Source of the DNA: Bryobacterales bacterium
GTDB lineage: Bacteria; Acidobacteriota; Terriglobia; Bryobacterales; Bryobacteraceae
Assembly (NCBI GenBank): GCA_038229475.1
Contig: JBBROK010000026.1
Location: 1,354-65,353 of the forward strand
Reading direction: 5' to 3'
DNA length: 64,000 nucleotides
The notes below the pieces were generated by a model. The model was not told the origin of the DNA, did not search any database, and saw only the letters and a program-made list of their open reading frames with translations. The position numbers and the translations under genes are program-made. Below are positions 54,624 through 63,038 of this stretch, one piece after another (the stretch's first letter is position 1; each line of letters opens with the position of its first letter).

Positions 54624-55865
54624 TTACTCCGTGAATCGTTTAAAGACCAGTGCACCGTTGGTTCCGCCGAAGCCGAACGAATTGCTGAGTACGTATTCCA
54701 TCTTCAATTGCCGTGCTTCGTTGGGAAGATAGTCAAGGTCACAGGCCGGGTCTGGCGTGTGATAGTTCATGGTCCCCGGTGCAATCTGATGCTTCAGCGC
54801 GTAGACAGAGATGCCTGCTTCCAGCCCCCCGGCGCCGCCCAGCAAGTGGCCCGTCATCGCTTTGGTGGAGCTAACCGCCAGCTTATAAGCGTGATCGCCA
54901 AAGGCCCGCTTGATGGCCATGGTCTCTGCCGCGTCTCCCACCGGTGTGGAAGTTCCGTGTGCGTTGACATACTGCACCGCATCAGGCGCAATGCCGGCAT
55001 CGCGCAGTGCATTACGCATTACCCGGAACGCGCCTTCGCCATCTTCCGGCGGTGAGGTGAAATGGTGCGCATCGCTGCTCATGCCGTAGCCCACAATTTC
55101 GGCGTGAATCGTCGCGCCCCGGCGCTGCGCTGCTTCCAGTTCTTCCAGAACCAGAACACCCGCACCCTCGCCCACCACAAACCCGTCCCGATCACGGTCA
55201 AATGGCCGCGACGCCGTCTCCGGACTGTCATTGCGTTGCGAGAGCGCCCGCATCGCGGCGAAGCCACCTACCCCCAGCGGCGTGATGCAGGCTTCGGTGC
55301 CGCCGCAGATCATCGCGTCGGCATAGCCATGCTGAATCAGCCGGAAGGAATCGCCAATCGAATGCGCGCTCGTCGTACATGCCGTCGCGGTTGCCGAATT
55401 CGGCCCCTTGGCACCGGTCCGAATCGAAATGTACCCCGAAGCCAGGTTGATGATTGTAGCCGGAATGAAGAACGGCGAAATTCGCCGCGGTCCGTGTTCC
55501 AGCAACGCTTTGTGCTCGCGCTCAATCACTTCGAACCCGCCAATGCCGCTGCCGATGTATATCCCGACGCGCTCCTCGTTTTCTTCTGTGACCTTCAGCC
55601 CGCTGCCTTGCACCGCATCTTCACTGGCGGCAATGGCCAACTGAATGAAGCGCCCCATTTTCTTGATGTCTTTTTTCTCAATGAATTCGGCGGGGTCGAA
55701 ATTCTTCACTTCGCCGGCGATCTGAGAATTGAAAAGAGCCGGGTCGAATGCCTGAATGCGGGAAATGCCGCCCTTGCCCTCCAGTAACGCCTTCCACGTG
55801 GTCTCTGTGGTGTTACCGATGGCGGTGATCAGGCCGACGCCTGTAACTGCTACTCTGCGGGAAAT
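54624..55865 (-). CDS. fabF: Beta-ketoacyl-ACP synthase II; apparent ATT initiation codon
   Basis: The protein aligns along its full length with FabF as I recall it, including the active-site ATACTTS and the HGTSTP and GHLLG motifs. The conserved N-terminus SRRVAVTGVGLITAIGNTTETTWKALLEG lies upstream of the first ATG/GTG/TTG (55709). The only plausible start is ATT at 55865-55863, 5 nt after AGGAAGGAGA. An in-frame TGA lies at 55960-55958. Confidence 0.88.
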   Translation of the reverse strand: MSRRVAVTGVGLITAIGNTTETTWKALLEGKGGISRIQAFDPALFNSQIAGEVKNFDPAEFIEKKDIKKMGRFIQLAIAASEDAVQGSGLKVTEENEERVGIYIGSGIGGFEVIEREHKALLEHGPRRISPFFIPATIINLASGYISIRTGAKGPNSATATACTTSAHSIGDSFRLIQHGYADAMICGGTEACITPLGVGGFAAMRALSQRNDSPETASRPFDRDRDGFVVGEGAGVLVLEELEAAQRRGATIHAEIVGYGMSSDAHHFTSPPEDGEGAFRVMRNALRDAGIAPDAVQYVNAHGTSTPVGDAAETMAIKRAFGDHAYKLAVSSTKAMTGHLLGGAGGLEAGISVYALKHQIAPGTMNYHTPDPACDLDYLPNEARQLKMEYVLSNSFGFGGTNGALVFKRFTE

Positions 55866-55990
55866 AACCGTCTCCTTCCTGAAGTCAGGCGTGCCCGGAA
55901 AAGCCGTCTCAGCCCGTCCGGACGTGCTTCTTCTGCTTGGCCAGCGTGGCGGATTCCGTATCCGAAATCACGCTTCCGACCAGCTGGAAG

Positions 55991-56236
55991 CTATTTTTTG
56001 GCCTTCGCTTCGATGTAGGTAACCGCGTCACCCACCGTGGCTATCTTTTCGGCGTCTTCGTCCGGGATTTCCAGCTCGAAGGCCTCTTCAAATGCCATCA
56101 CCAACTCAACAATATCCAGCGAATCGGCCCCAAGATCGTCTACGAAAGACGCCTTGTTGTCGACCTGGCTTTCGTCGACACCAAGCTGTTCGACGATAAT
56201 CTGTTTGACCTTCTGTTCAATCGGGGATCCTGCCAT
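55991..56236 (-). CDS. acpP: Acyl carrier protein
   Basis: ATG 56236 follows [24 protein letters not shown] contains the phosphopantetheine Ser. Length 81 aa. The listed 212-aa ORF is an upstream extension with junk-like composition. Confidence 0.95.
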   Translation of the reverse strand: MAGSPIEQKVKQIIVEQLGVDESQVDNKASFVDDLGADSLDIVELVMAFEEAFELEIPDEDAEKIATVGDAVTYIEAKAKK

Positions 56237-56328
56237 ACTACCTCCACTATAGGGTGCACGCACGCGTAGCGCAACGGATACGGCCAACAGGCGGGCGCAA
56301 ACTTCTGATTCTACAATACAGTCCCGCG

Positions 56329-56590
56329 TCAGCCGTGCAGCTCCGGCAGAGGGCAATATTGGCCTGCGGAGAATCCTTCCGGCTCCACTTCGAAGGTGCG
56401 GTTGAAAGGGGCCCGATAGTTCTCCCGGCAGATGGCCGCGTTCAGCTCCACCAGCGCGGCCCGGAGCCAGCTCTTTCACCTGGAGCGAAACCAGGCCGGG
56501 GTTGACCGCAAACTGGTCCATGCGGCTGGAATACCCGGGCAGCGCGGGGTGATAAGCGCGAAGCCGGGTGGCCTGCGTGATTCGCTTCAT
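56329..56590 (-). pseudogene. Small protein-like ORF (~86 codons) split between two frames at about 56476
   Basis: Frame A reads [39 protein letters not shown], with 31 of 39 third positions G/C. The +1 frame continues [47 protein letters not shown], with 39 of 48 third positions G/C. Frame A past the junction drops to 24 of 48. Confidence 0.3.
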
Positions 56591-56717
56591 ACGCCTGCGG
56601 ATAAGCCAAAAGATCAGCCGGGATTTCAAGCTCAGGTCGCGATCCGCAATACCGCTGCCTCGTGCGATAAAAACCCGAAATGTCGCGCCCGGAAGCGCTA
56701 CGGCAGAGGGATTCGTT

Positions 56718-57476
56718 GTGGAGCACTACGATGAAGACATCGAAGCCTCCCCCATTTCCCGCCTCACTGTCGTGCTTATTGACGTGCGGAATCCGCTCAA
56801 CATCGGAGCCGCCGCCCGTGCGATGGCTAATTTCGGTGTCGCTGATCTTCGCCTGGTCAATCCCTACGAGCCCTCTTTTCGCGAGGCGGTTTCCGCCGTC
56901 GGCGGCGCTCACGTGCTACAAAGTGCGCGCGTTTTCCCCTCGCTCGCGGCAGCTCTCGCAGATTGCTCCCTGGTAGTCGGCACCAGCGCCGGTGTTCGCC
57001 GGGTGGCCCAGCAGCCGCTGGAAAGACTGGACATTGCGGCGCTTGCCATTCAGGAACACCCCGGCAACACCGCACTGCTCTTCGGGTCAGAAAAATTCGG
57101 CCTTTCCAATGACGATCTCAGCTATTGCCATCTGCTGGCCCGCATCCCCACGGCACCCGATACTCCTTCCATGAACCTCGGTCAGGCCGTGGCCGTCTGT
57201 CTGTATGAACTGGTACGCGAAGAAGCCACGCCGCATCGCGTAAGCCGCTTGCCACGCTTCGAGCCGGTGGAGGGTGGCGATACGGAACAGATTACTGCGT
57301 TCCTTCTGGACGTCCTCGACGAATCCGGCTACACCAACCGGATCACCTCGGTTTCCACCTCGCAGAAGGTCCGCCGCTGGATTCGCCGCACTCGCCTCAG
57401 CCGTCGCGATGCGCCGCTGCTGCTCGGCATCCTCCGTCAGATTTTGTGGAAATTCCGCAGCGGTGGTCGTTCCTGA
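56718..57476 (+). CDS. SpoU/TrmH-family RNA 2'-O-methyltransferase (TrmJ-like)
   Basis: [49 protein letters not shown] and [10 protein letters not shown] are present. GTG 56718 is chosen by length, and the start is uncertain (the ORF is open from 56568). Confidence 0.75.
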   Translation: MEHYDEDIEASPISRLTVVLIDVRNPLNIGAAARAMANFGVADLRLVNPYEPSFREAVSAVGGAHVLQSARVFPSLAAALADCSLVVGTSAGVRRVAQQPLERLDIAALAIQEHPGNTALLFGSEKFGLSNDDLSYCHLLARIPTAPDTPSMNLGQAVAVCLYELVREEATPHRVSRLPRFEPVEGGDTEQITAFLLDVLDESGYTNRITSVSTSQKVRRWIRRTRLSRRDAPLLLGILRQILWKFRSGGRS

Positions 57477-58588
57477 AGCACATCTGCGCCCGCCAGGGCC
57501 CCAGCCGCACTTTCCTGCTGTGCCTTGCCCTCCCGCTTCGCCTCATACATCTTCACGTCCGCGCGCGCTAAAAGTGAGTCACTGCTTTCCTTGCCATCCC
57601 AACCCGCCGCGCCCAACGAGGCATTGATCTTCACCTCGATCTTTTTTTCCTGCGCATCAGACACCCTGTAGGTCCCCATTACCCATGTCCGTAGTCGGCC
57701 AATGCGCAACTCCGCATCATCCGCATGGCCCGTCACCACGCCCACGAATTCGTCACCGCCCAGCCTTGCCACCAGATCATGGGCCGGGAACTGAGAGCCC
57801 AATTCCGATGCAAACTGTCGCAACAGGTCGTCACCCGCCGCATGGCCGTACCTGTCGTTCAAGCTCTTGAATCCATCCAGATCCATCACAATCACCGAAA
57901 ACGGCTTGCCTCGTTGCATTCTGCCCGCCAGATCCCGCTCCAGCCCCCGGCGGTTCGCTACGGCTGTAAGCGGATCCAGCAAAGAGATGCGCTCCGCCTC
58001 CTGCATCCGATTTCGGTATTCGTCGGTTGTAGCGCTCAATTGCCGGACTGTCTCCTCCCCTTCCCTGGCCATCCGCGTTACACACGTTTGCATGGCTCCT
58101 GCCGATTCCAGGATGTACCGCCGAATTGCTGCAATGTCGGATTCTTCAGCAACTGATCGCAGGCGCGTCGCCAATCCTCCAATCTCCCGGGAGTACCGGT
58201 CGTCCCGCTGCGCCACCACCTCAGCCGTTTGTGCCACCACCGCCATTATTTCCATCAGCTCTCGCTGGTGCTCGCCATAAAACCGGGACGCCTCGCCCGA
58301 CCACTGTGCCAGTTCCCGGCACATGGCCTGGTTCACATGCGAGAGTGACTCTTCAGTTGGTTCAGAAAGGAAAGTGCGCCCCAGCGCAGAGAGCTTTTGC
58401 GTGAGTGCCGGACCCAGCGGAGGAATTGCCCGTTCCGTGGAATCGCAAACCGCGAAGGTCAGTGCCCGCCAGGCCTTCAGCCACTTTTCAGACTCCACAC
58501 CGGGTGCCACCTTCTCAGCGGGCAGCGGCTCCGTAATCGGTGCCGCTGCCACGTGGCTCTGCTCCAGTAGTTTTTTCAGTGAAATCAT
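57437..58588 (-). CDS. Diguanylate cyclase (GGDEF domain) with N-terminal helical sensor region
   Basis: DPLTAVANRRG, VIVMDLDGFKSLNDRYGHAAGD and RLGGDEFVGV are present. Confidence 0.85.
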   Translation of the reverse strand: MISLKKLLEQSHVAAAPITEPLPAEKVAPGVESEKWLKAWRALTFAVCDSTERAIPPLGPALTQKLSALGRTFLSEPTEESLSHVNQAMCRELAQWSGEASRFYGEHQRELMEIMAVVAQTAEVVAQRDDRYSREIGGLATRLRSVAEESDIAAIRRYILESAGAMQTCVTRMAREGEETVRQLSATTDEYRNRMQEAERISLLDPLTAVANRRGLERDLAGRMQRGKPFSVIVMDLDGFKSLNDRYGHAAGDDLLRQFASELGSQFPAHDLVARLGGDEFVGVVTGHADDAELRIGRLRTWVMGTYRVSDAQEKKIEVKINASLGAAGWDGKESSDSLLARADVKMYEAKREGKAQQESAAGALAGADVLQERPPLRNFHKI

Positions 58589-58648
58589 GGGTCGCTTCGT
58601 CCCTGCAACACTTATCGACGAAATCCCACGGAGCTTGACTGCTTTTGC

Positions 58649-59200
58649 TTACAAACCGATGGCTGCGGCATTCTCCTGCATGGCCACAATACAAAATTCA
58701 ATGTGCTGGTCCAGCTCAATTCCCATTTCTATCGCTCCGTTGACGATATCGTCCCGGTTCACCGTCCGTGCAAAAGCCTTATCTTTCATCTTTTTGCGCA
58801 CCGACTTCACCTCTACCTCAGCCACCTTTCGGCTGGGCTTTACCAGCGAGCAGGCCGAAATAAACCCGGATAGCTCATCGCATGCAAATAGTGTTTTCTC
58901 CAGCATCGATTCCCGTGCCACCCCGCTGTAATTTGCATGGGAAAGGATCGCCCGCCGGATTTCCGCCGATACTCCCCGCGCCGCCAAAATCGGCTCCCCT
59001 TTCAAGGGATGCTCTTCCAGCGTCGGATGGATCTCCCAGTCAAAGTCGTGCAGCAGGGCAGTCACCCGCCACATTTCCTCATCTTCACCCAGCTTCTGTG
59101 CGTAAGCCGCAAGGCAGGTTTCCACCTGTAGCGCATGCCGCCGCAAACTATCGGTTTCCGTGAATTCGTGAAGGATTTCCAGCGCCAGTTCTCGTGTCAT
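58649..59200 (-). CDS. HD/HDIG-domain phosphohydrolase
   Basis: H...ALLHDFD, an HD motif with downstream His residues. Length 183 aa. Confidence 0.8.
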   Translation of the reverse strand: MTRELALEILHEFTETDSLRRHALQVETCLAAYAQKLGEDEEMWRVTALLHDFDWEIHPTLEEHPLKGEPILAARGVSAEIRRAILSHANYSGVARESMLEKTLFACDELSGFISACSLVKPSRKVAEVEVKSVRKKMKDKAFARTVNRDDIVNGAIEMGIELDQHIEFCIVAMQENAAAIGL

Positions 59201-59799
59201 GGGTACCCTTGCAGTATAAAACTTGCATTCTTTGGCCCCGCCAGTTCGTAATAGTGTTCGTGGCGCTGGAATTTTCCCTGCTGGTCAGGTCGAATCAATC
59301 GATGGTTTTCAGCCTCGCGCTGCGCTTCCTCCGCCAGCGTGAAGCGGCCGAAGAGATCGCCCAGGATGTTTTTCTCCAGCTTTTTCAAAACCTTGACCGG
59401 ATTCAAAGCGAGTCTCACGCCACCTGGTGGCTGCGCCGGGCCATCTGCCACCGCGCCATTGACGAGACCCGCAAGCGCAGGCTGCGGCCCAAAATCGGGC
59501 TCGACAGCATTCCCGACCCGGCCGCGAGCCACCGCGAACCAGACTGGCTGGAAAATGATCAGCTGCGACGCCTGATCAGTACGCTCCCCGAGCGTGCCCG
59601 CATGGTGGTCGCCTTACGCTATCAGGAAGACATGGACCCCTCTGAAATCGCCGGCGTATTGGAAATTCCCGTGAGTACCGTTAAAAGTCACCTTCACCGT
59701 TCTCTTGCGGTGCTCCGCGTCCGCCTCGGCCGCTCCGCTCTTGTTGTGCCGGACCGCGACCGCGTAAGAGCTGTTTCCCATGGAGTGGTTTGCCCATGA
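59194..59799 (+). CDS. ECF sigma factor
   Basis: Region 2 (AEEIAQDVFLQLF...WWLRRAICHRAIDETRKRR) and region 4 (LPERARMVVALRYQEDMDPSEIAGVLEIPVSTVKSHLHRSLAVLR). The start is uncertain: GTG 59194, 59254 or 59260. Confidence 0.8.
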   Translation: MSWVPLQYKTCILWPRQFVIVFVALEFSLLVRSNQSMVFSLALRFLRQREAAEEIAQDVFLQLFQNLDRIQSESHATWWLRRAICHRAIDETRKRRLRPKIGLDSIPDPAASHREPDWLENDQLRRLISTLPERARMVVALRYQEDMDPSEIAGVLEIPVSTVKSHLHRSLAVLRVRLGRSALVVPDRDRVRAVSHGVVCP

Positions 59800-60119
59800 A
59801 TCTCGAAAATGATCTTCGCCGTGCTCTCCGGCGTTTGGAACCGCCGCCCGGATTTGCCGATCGCGTCATTTCCCTTGCTGCTCAATCCGCTCCGTCACCA
59901 CAACCCGGCGCCACTCGCTGGTGGCAGTTCCGGGGCCTGGTTTTTGCCGCCGCCACTGCCACAGCTGTTCTGATAGCAGGTGTGGCCTGGCAAGGTCACC
60001 AGCAAGAGCGCTCACTCCAGGCACAAAAACAACTGATCACCGCGCTGAACGTGACGCAGGCCAGCCTGCAGAAAGCGCAACAAAGGATTCGCCGCGTCGC
60101 CGCCAAACCACCTCTATGA
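59796..60119 (+). CDS. Putative anti-sigma factor / membrane-anchored protein
   Basis: ATG 59796 overlaps the sigma stop (ATGA). It has a short cytoplasmic segment and the TM helix GLVFAAATATAVLIAGVAW. There is no zf-HC2 motif. Confidence 0.5.
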   Translation: MNLENDLRRALRRLEPPPGFADRVISLAAQSAPSPQPGATRWWQFRGLVFAAATATAVLIAGVAWQGHQQERSLQAQKQLITALNVTQASLQKAQQRIRRVAAKPPL

Positions 60120-60736
60120 AAACCGTATTGTTTTTTCTCGCTGTTATTACCGCGTTCGCCCAGCAGCCCTTCGATCTCACTACTTTCGACAAGCTGGAAA
60201 ACAAAGCTACCAGCCGCACCAACATCACCCTGGATGGGCAACTGCTCAAGCTCGCTGCCGGATTGCTCGATTCGGCCGATAGCAAAGACGCTGGCCAGTT
60301 CAAGTCGCTGGTTGGCAATCTCAAGGGGATCTACGTCCGCGGTTTCGAATTCGACAAGGACGGCCAGTATTCCGCAGCCGATCTGGAGCCGATGCGCAAT
60401 TCCCTTCGCCGCGCTCCCTGGAATCGCATTGTCGATGTACACAGCGCCGGTGAAACCTCTGAGATCTGGGTAGCGCAGACCCCGGCGGGTGACAAATTTG
60501 CCGGCGTCGCAATCATTAACGCGGAACCCCGCTCGCTCACCATCGTCTACATCTCCGGCCTCATCGGTACCGACGATATTGCCCGGCTGAACGGTCGCTT
60601 TGGTATCAATGTGGATTCACTTGGCAGCATCCGGCCCAGCACCTTCAGAAACAATGGGAAGAAGCCCGAAGACACAAAGAAGCCCGAAGATCTAAAGAAG
60701 CCCGAAGATCTAAAGAAGAAAGACAACGAACAATGA
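60116..60736 (+). CDS. DUF4252-like secreted protein with KKPEDL-repeat tail
   Basis: ATG 60116 overlaps the upstream stop (ATGA). Signal peptide MKTVLFFLAVITAFA. LKGIYVRGFEF...DVHSAGETSEIWV...AGVAIINAEPRSLTIVYISG resembles DUF4252, which is often found with ECF sigma genes. Confidence 0.6.
   Translation: MKTVLFFLAVITAFAQQPFDLTTFDKLENKATSRTNITLDGQLLKLAAGLLDSADSKDAGQFKSLVGNLKGIYVRGFEFDKDGQYSAADLEPMRNSLRRAPWNRIVDVHSAGETSEIWVAQTPAGDKFAGVAIINAEPRSLTIVYISGLIGTDDIARLNGRFGINVDSLGSIRPSTFRNNGKKPEDTKKPEDLKKPEDLKKKDNEQ
60659..60718. repeat. 18-nt tandem repeat x3 (aagaagcccgaagatcta), coding for KKPED(T/L)
   Basis: Units at 60659, 60677 and 60695, followed by a partial aagaag. Confidence 0.85.
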
Positions 60737-61023
60737 CCTTCCTCCCTGCGCTCGCCGCTGTCGCACTCCTGCTCTACCAGGCTGAACCCCGCGCCATCGC
60801 CACCTTCGACGGTGATTGGAAATCCGGCGATCACAAACAGCTCTACATCTCGGTCGAATCCGGGGAGACAATGCGCATGATTGTCACCGGGTCCACGAAG
60901 TTCTTCCGAGCCGGCAAATCCGCGCGTGTCACCGATTTCCAGGAGGGCGAAAAAGTCACCGTCGATGCCGAGCGTGATCTGCGCATGAATCTCCTGGCTG
61001 TGCGAGTGGAAAAGAAAAAGTGA
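60733..61023 (+). CDS. Small secreted hypothetical protein
   Basis: ATG overlaps the upstream stop (ATGA). Signal-like MTFLPALAAVALLLYQA. Length 96 aa. Confidence 0.5.
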   Translation: MTFLPALAAVALLLYQAEPRAIATFDGDWKSGDHKQLYISVESGETMRMIVTGSTKFFRAGKSARVTDFQEGEKVTVDAERDLRMNLLAVRVEKKK

Positions 61024-61850
61024 AGTTTCGCATCATTCTGTTCCTGTTGCTCGCCGCACCGGCCTCCGCTCAGTTGACGGCCAACGAAATCATGAGCCGT
61101 GTGGCCGAAAATCAGGACCGTGCCGAATTTGCGCGCGCCGCCTATGTCTATGACATGAAGGTCTTTGTTCGCTTGCTCCGCAGTGGCGGTAAGCTCGCCC
61201 AGGAAGAAGCCCGTGTCTATTCCGTTGCCCCCGGAGCCAAAGGTGCCGAACGTGTGCTCCTCTCGGCAAGCGGGCGCATTCTTGAAGGTCGTAAGGAAAT
61301 CCGTTACGATCAGCCCGGATTTGAGCGCAAGAAGTTAGATATCGATGCCTCTCTTACCCGTTCTTTCGCTGAAGAGGTCATGTGGTCCAAGGGCACCATC
61401 TCTCCCATGGCCGAATGGTTTCCCCTTACCCAGGCCCACCAGCGCCACTATCAGTTTCAACTGTTGGGCGAAGAACAATACAAGGGGTACGACGTCTACA
61501 AGATCGCCTGGAACAGCCGCGAAATAGATGGGGACGACGAAGACTGCTGGAAAGGCGAAGCCCTTATCGAACGCACTGAATTCCAGCCCGTCCAGGTCTC
61601 CAGCCATTGGGAGTGCAAGATTCCGAAAGCCGTAACTGTACTCCTCGGTACAAACTTGAATCACCTCGGCGCCAAAATCACCTACCAGCGTTTGGCACCA
61701 AATGTCTGGTTCCCGCTCAACTGCAGCGGCGAAATGAAAGTTCGCGCTCTTTTCCTGTATGGCCGCACCATCGCCTTCAGTTCCAGCAGCTCCGGTTTCC
61801 GCAAGGCCGACGTTCAGTCTGTTATCACGTTTGAAAAACCCGTTCCGTGA
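61020..61850 (+). CDS. Secreted hypothetical protein, LolA/outer-membrane-lipoprotein-sorting-like
   Basis: GTG overlaps the upstream stop (GTGA). Signal peptide MKFRIILFLLLAAPASA. The N-terminal LTANEIMSRVAENQ is typical of LolA-like sorting-protein families as I recall them. Confidence 0.45.
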   Translation: MKFRIILFLLLAAPASAQLTANEIMSRVAENQDRAEFARAAYVYDMKVFVRLLRSGGKLAQEEARVYSVAPGAKGAERVLLSASGRILEGRKEIRYDQPGFERKKLDIDASLTRSFAEEVMWSKGTISPMAEWFPLTQAHQRHYQFQLLGEEQYKGYDVYKIAWNSREIDGDDEDCWKGEALIERTEFQPVQVSSHWECKIPKAVTVLLGTNLNHLGAKITYQRLAPNVWFPLNCSGEMKVRALFLYGRTIAFSSSSSGFRKADVQSVITFEKPVP

Positions 61851-62022
61851 TGTCTTGGGCAGAGAAACATCTTGTATTGGGTCGATATGTTACCCTAGCG
61901 GCGAGGGACAGGTCTCCGCCAGTTGGCTCTTGCTGTAGAATTCCAAAAATGGGAAACCAGGTGCGGGGTCCCGTCGTCACATAAGAGCGCGGGTATCTCC
62001 GCTGCGGAGTTGGCTAACTGAA

Positions 62023-63015
62023 ATGCCTGATGCCTTAAACGAAGCTGCTCAAACTGCGGTGCACGATGCCAATGGCGCAGTGAAGCTTCGCACCGACGCC
62101 AACGACCACCTGGATCGCCTCTTTGCCGCTGACAGGGCGGAAATCCCGTGGTTTCAATCGCTTTACTACGCAATCCGGGAGATGATTCACCCGGAAGTAC
62201 TTCCGCCGCTTGAAATCACCTCCAAACCGGTTGCCGTCAAAGACATCTGGGGTCTTTACGCCCCGTCTTCCCAAAACAAATATTATTCGATTGCGGGTCA
62301 CGCCGCAGTTTTCGCCATTTTGATGCTCATTGGGACCAATGCCCAGGTGCAGTTGGCGGTGAAGAAACTCACCCTGCTGGATTCGAACCTCCGCCCTTTC
62401 ATTCCGGAAACCAAAAAACCGGATACTGCGCAGGGTGGCGGTGGCCAAAAGTCTGTGGTTCCTCCGGCTAAGGGCCAGCTACCCAAGCCCAAGCCGAAGC
62501 AGTTTGTTCCGCCCATCAATCTGGACCACACTCCGAAGCTCATCCTGGAGGCCTCCATCGTGGCCCCCGAGGATGCAATTCTGCCCACTTCCAACCTGCC
62601 CAACTGGGGCGACCCCCTCGCCAAGCTCATTGGTACCGGCGGCATGGGAACTGGTTCCGGCACCGGCGTTGGCTCCGGCAAAGGTGGCGGTTATGGACCG
62701 GGTGAAGGTGGTGGTGTGGGTGGCGGCGTCTATCGCGTCGGCGGCGGCGTCAGTGCCCCTTCTGTGCTCTTCAAGGTCGACCCCGAGTATTCGGAAGAAG
62801 CCCGTAAAGCCAAGTACAGCGGTACCGTCCTCCTTTCCGTGGTGGTGGATATCGAAGGCAGAGCCCGCGACATTCGTGTCGTCAAGAGCCTCGGGATGGG
62901 TCTCGACGAAAAGGCGATCGAAGCCGTGGAAAAGTGGAAGTTCAAACCGGGCATGAAAGCCGGTCAGTCGGTCCCCGTCCGTGCTCAGATCGAAGTCAAT
63001 TTCAGGTTGCTGTAA
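62023..63015 (+). CDS. tonB: Energy transducer TonB family protein
   Basis: A TM anchor, a Pro/Lys/Gly-rich linker and a C-terminal TonB domain (PEYSEEARKAKYSGTVLLSVVVDIEGRARDIRVVKSLGMGLDEKAIEAVEKWKFKPG). Confidence 0.85.
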   Translation: MPDALNEAAQTAVHDANGAVKLRTDANDHLDRLFAADRAEIPWFQSLYYAIREMIHPEVLPPLEITSKPVAVKDIWGLYAPSSQNKYYSIAGHAAVFAILMLIGTNAQVQLAVKKLTLLDSNLRPFIPETKKPDTAQGGGGQKSVVPPAKGQLPKPKPKQFVPPINLDHTPKLILEASIVAPEDAILPTSNLPNWGDPLAKLIGTGGMGTGSGTGVGSGKGGGYGPGEGGGVGGGVYRVGGGVSAPSVLFKVDPEYSEEARKAKYSGTVLLSVVVDIEGRARDIRVVKSLGMGLDEKAIEAVEKWKFKPGMKAGQSVPVRAQIEVNFRLL

Positions 63016-63038
63016 ATTAGGTTGCCGGGTAGCGCGCC

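Noticed and set aside
55991-56629. 212-aa ORF that includes acpP
   Set aside because: Only the last 81 codons are ACP, starting at ATG 56236 with a GGAGG RBS. The segment immediately upstream in this frame has about 50% GC3 and junk-like composition. Part of the upstream region is treated separately as a possible frame-split small ORF.
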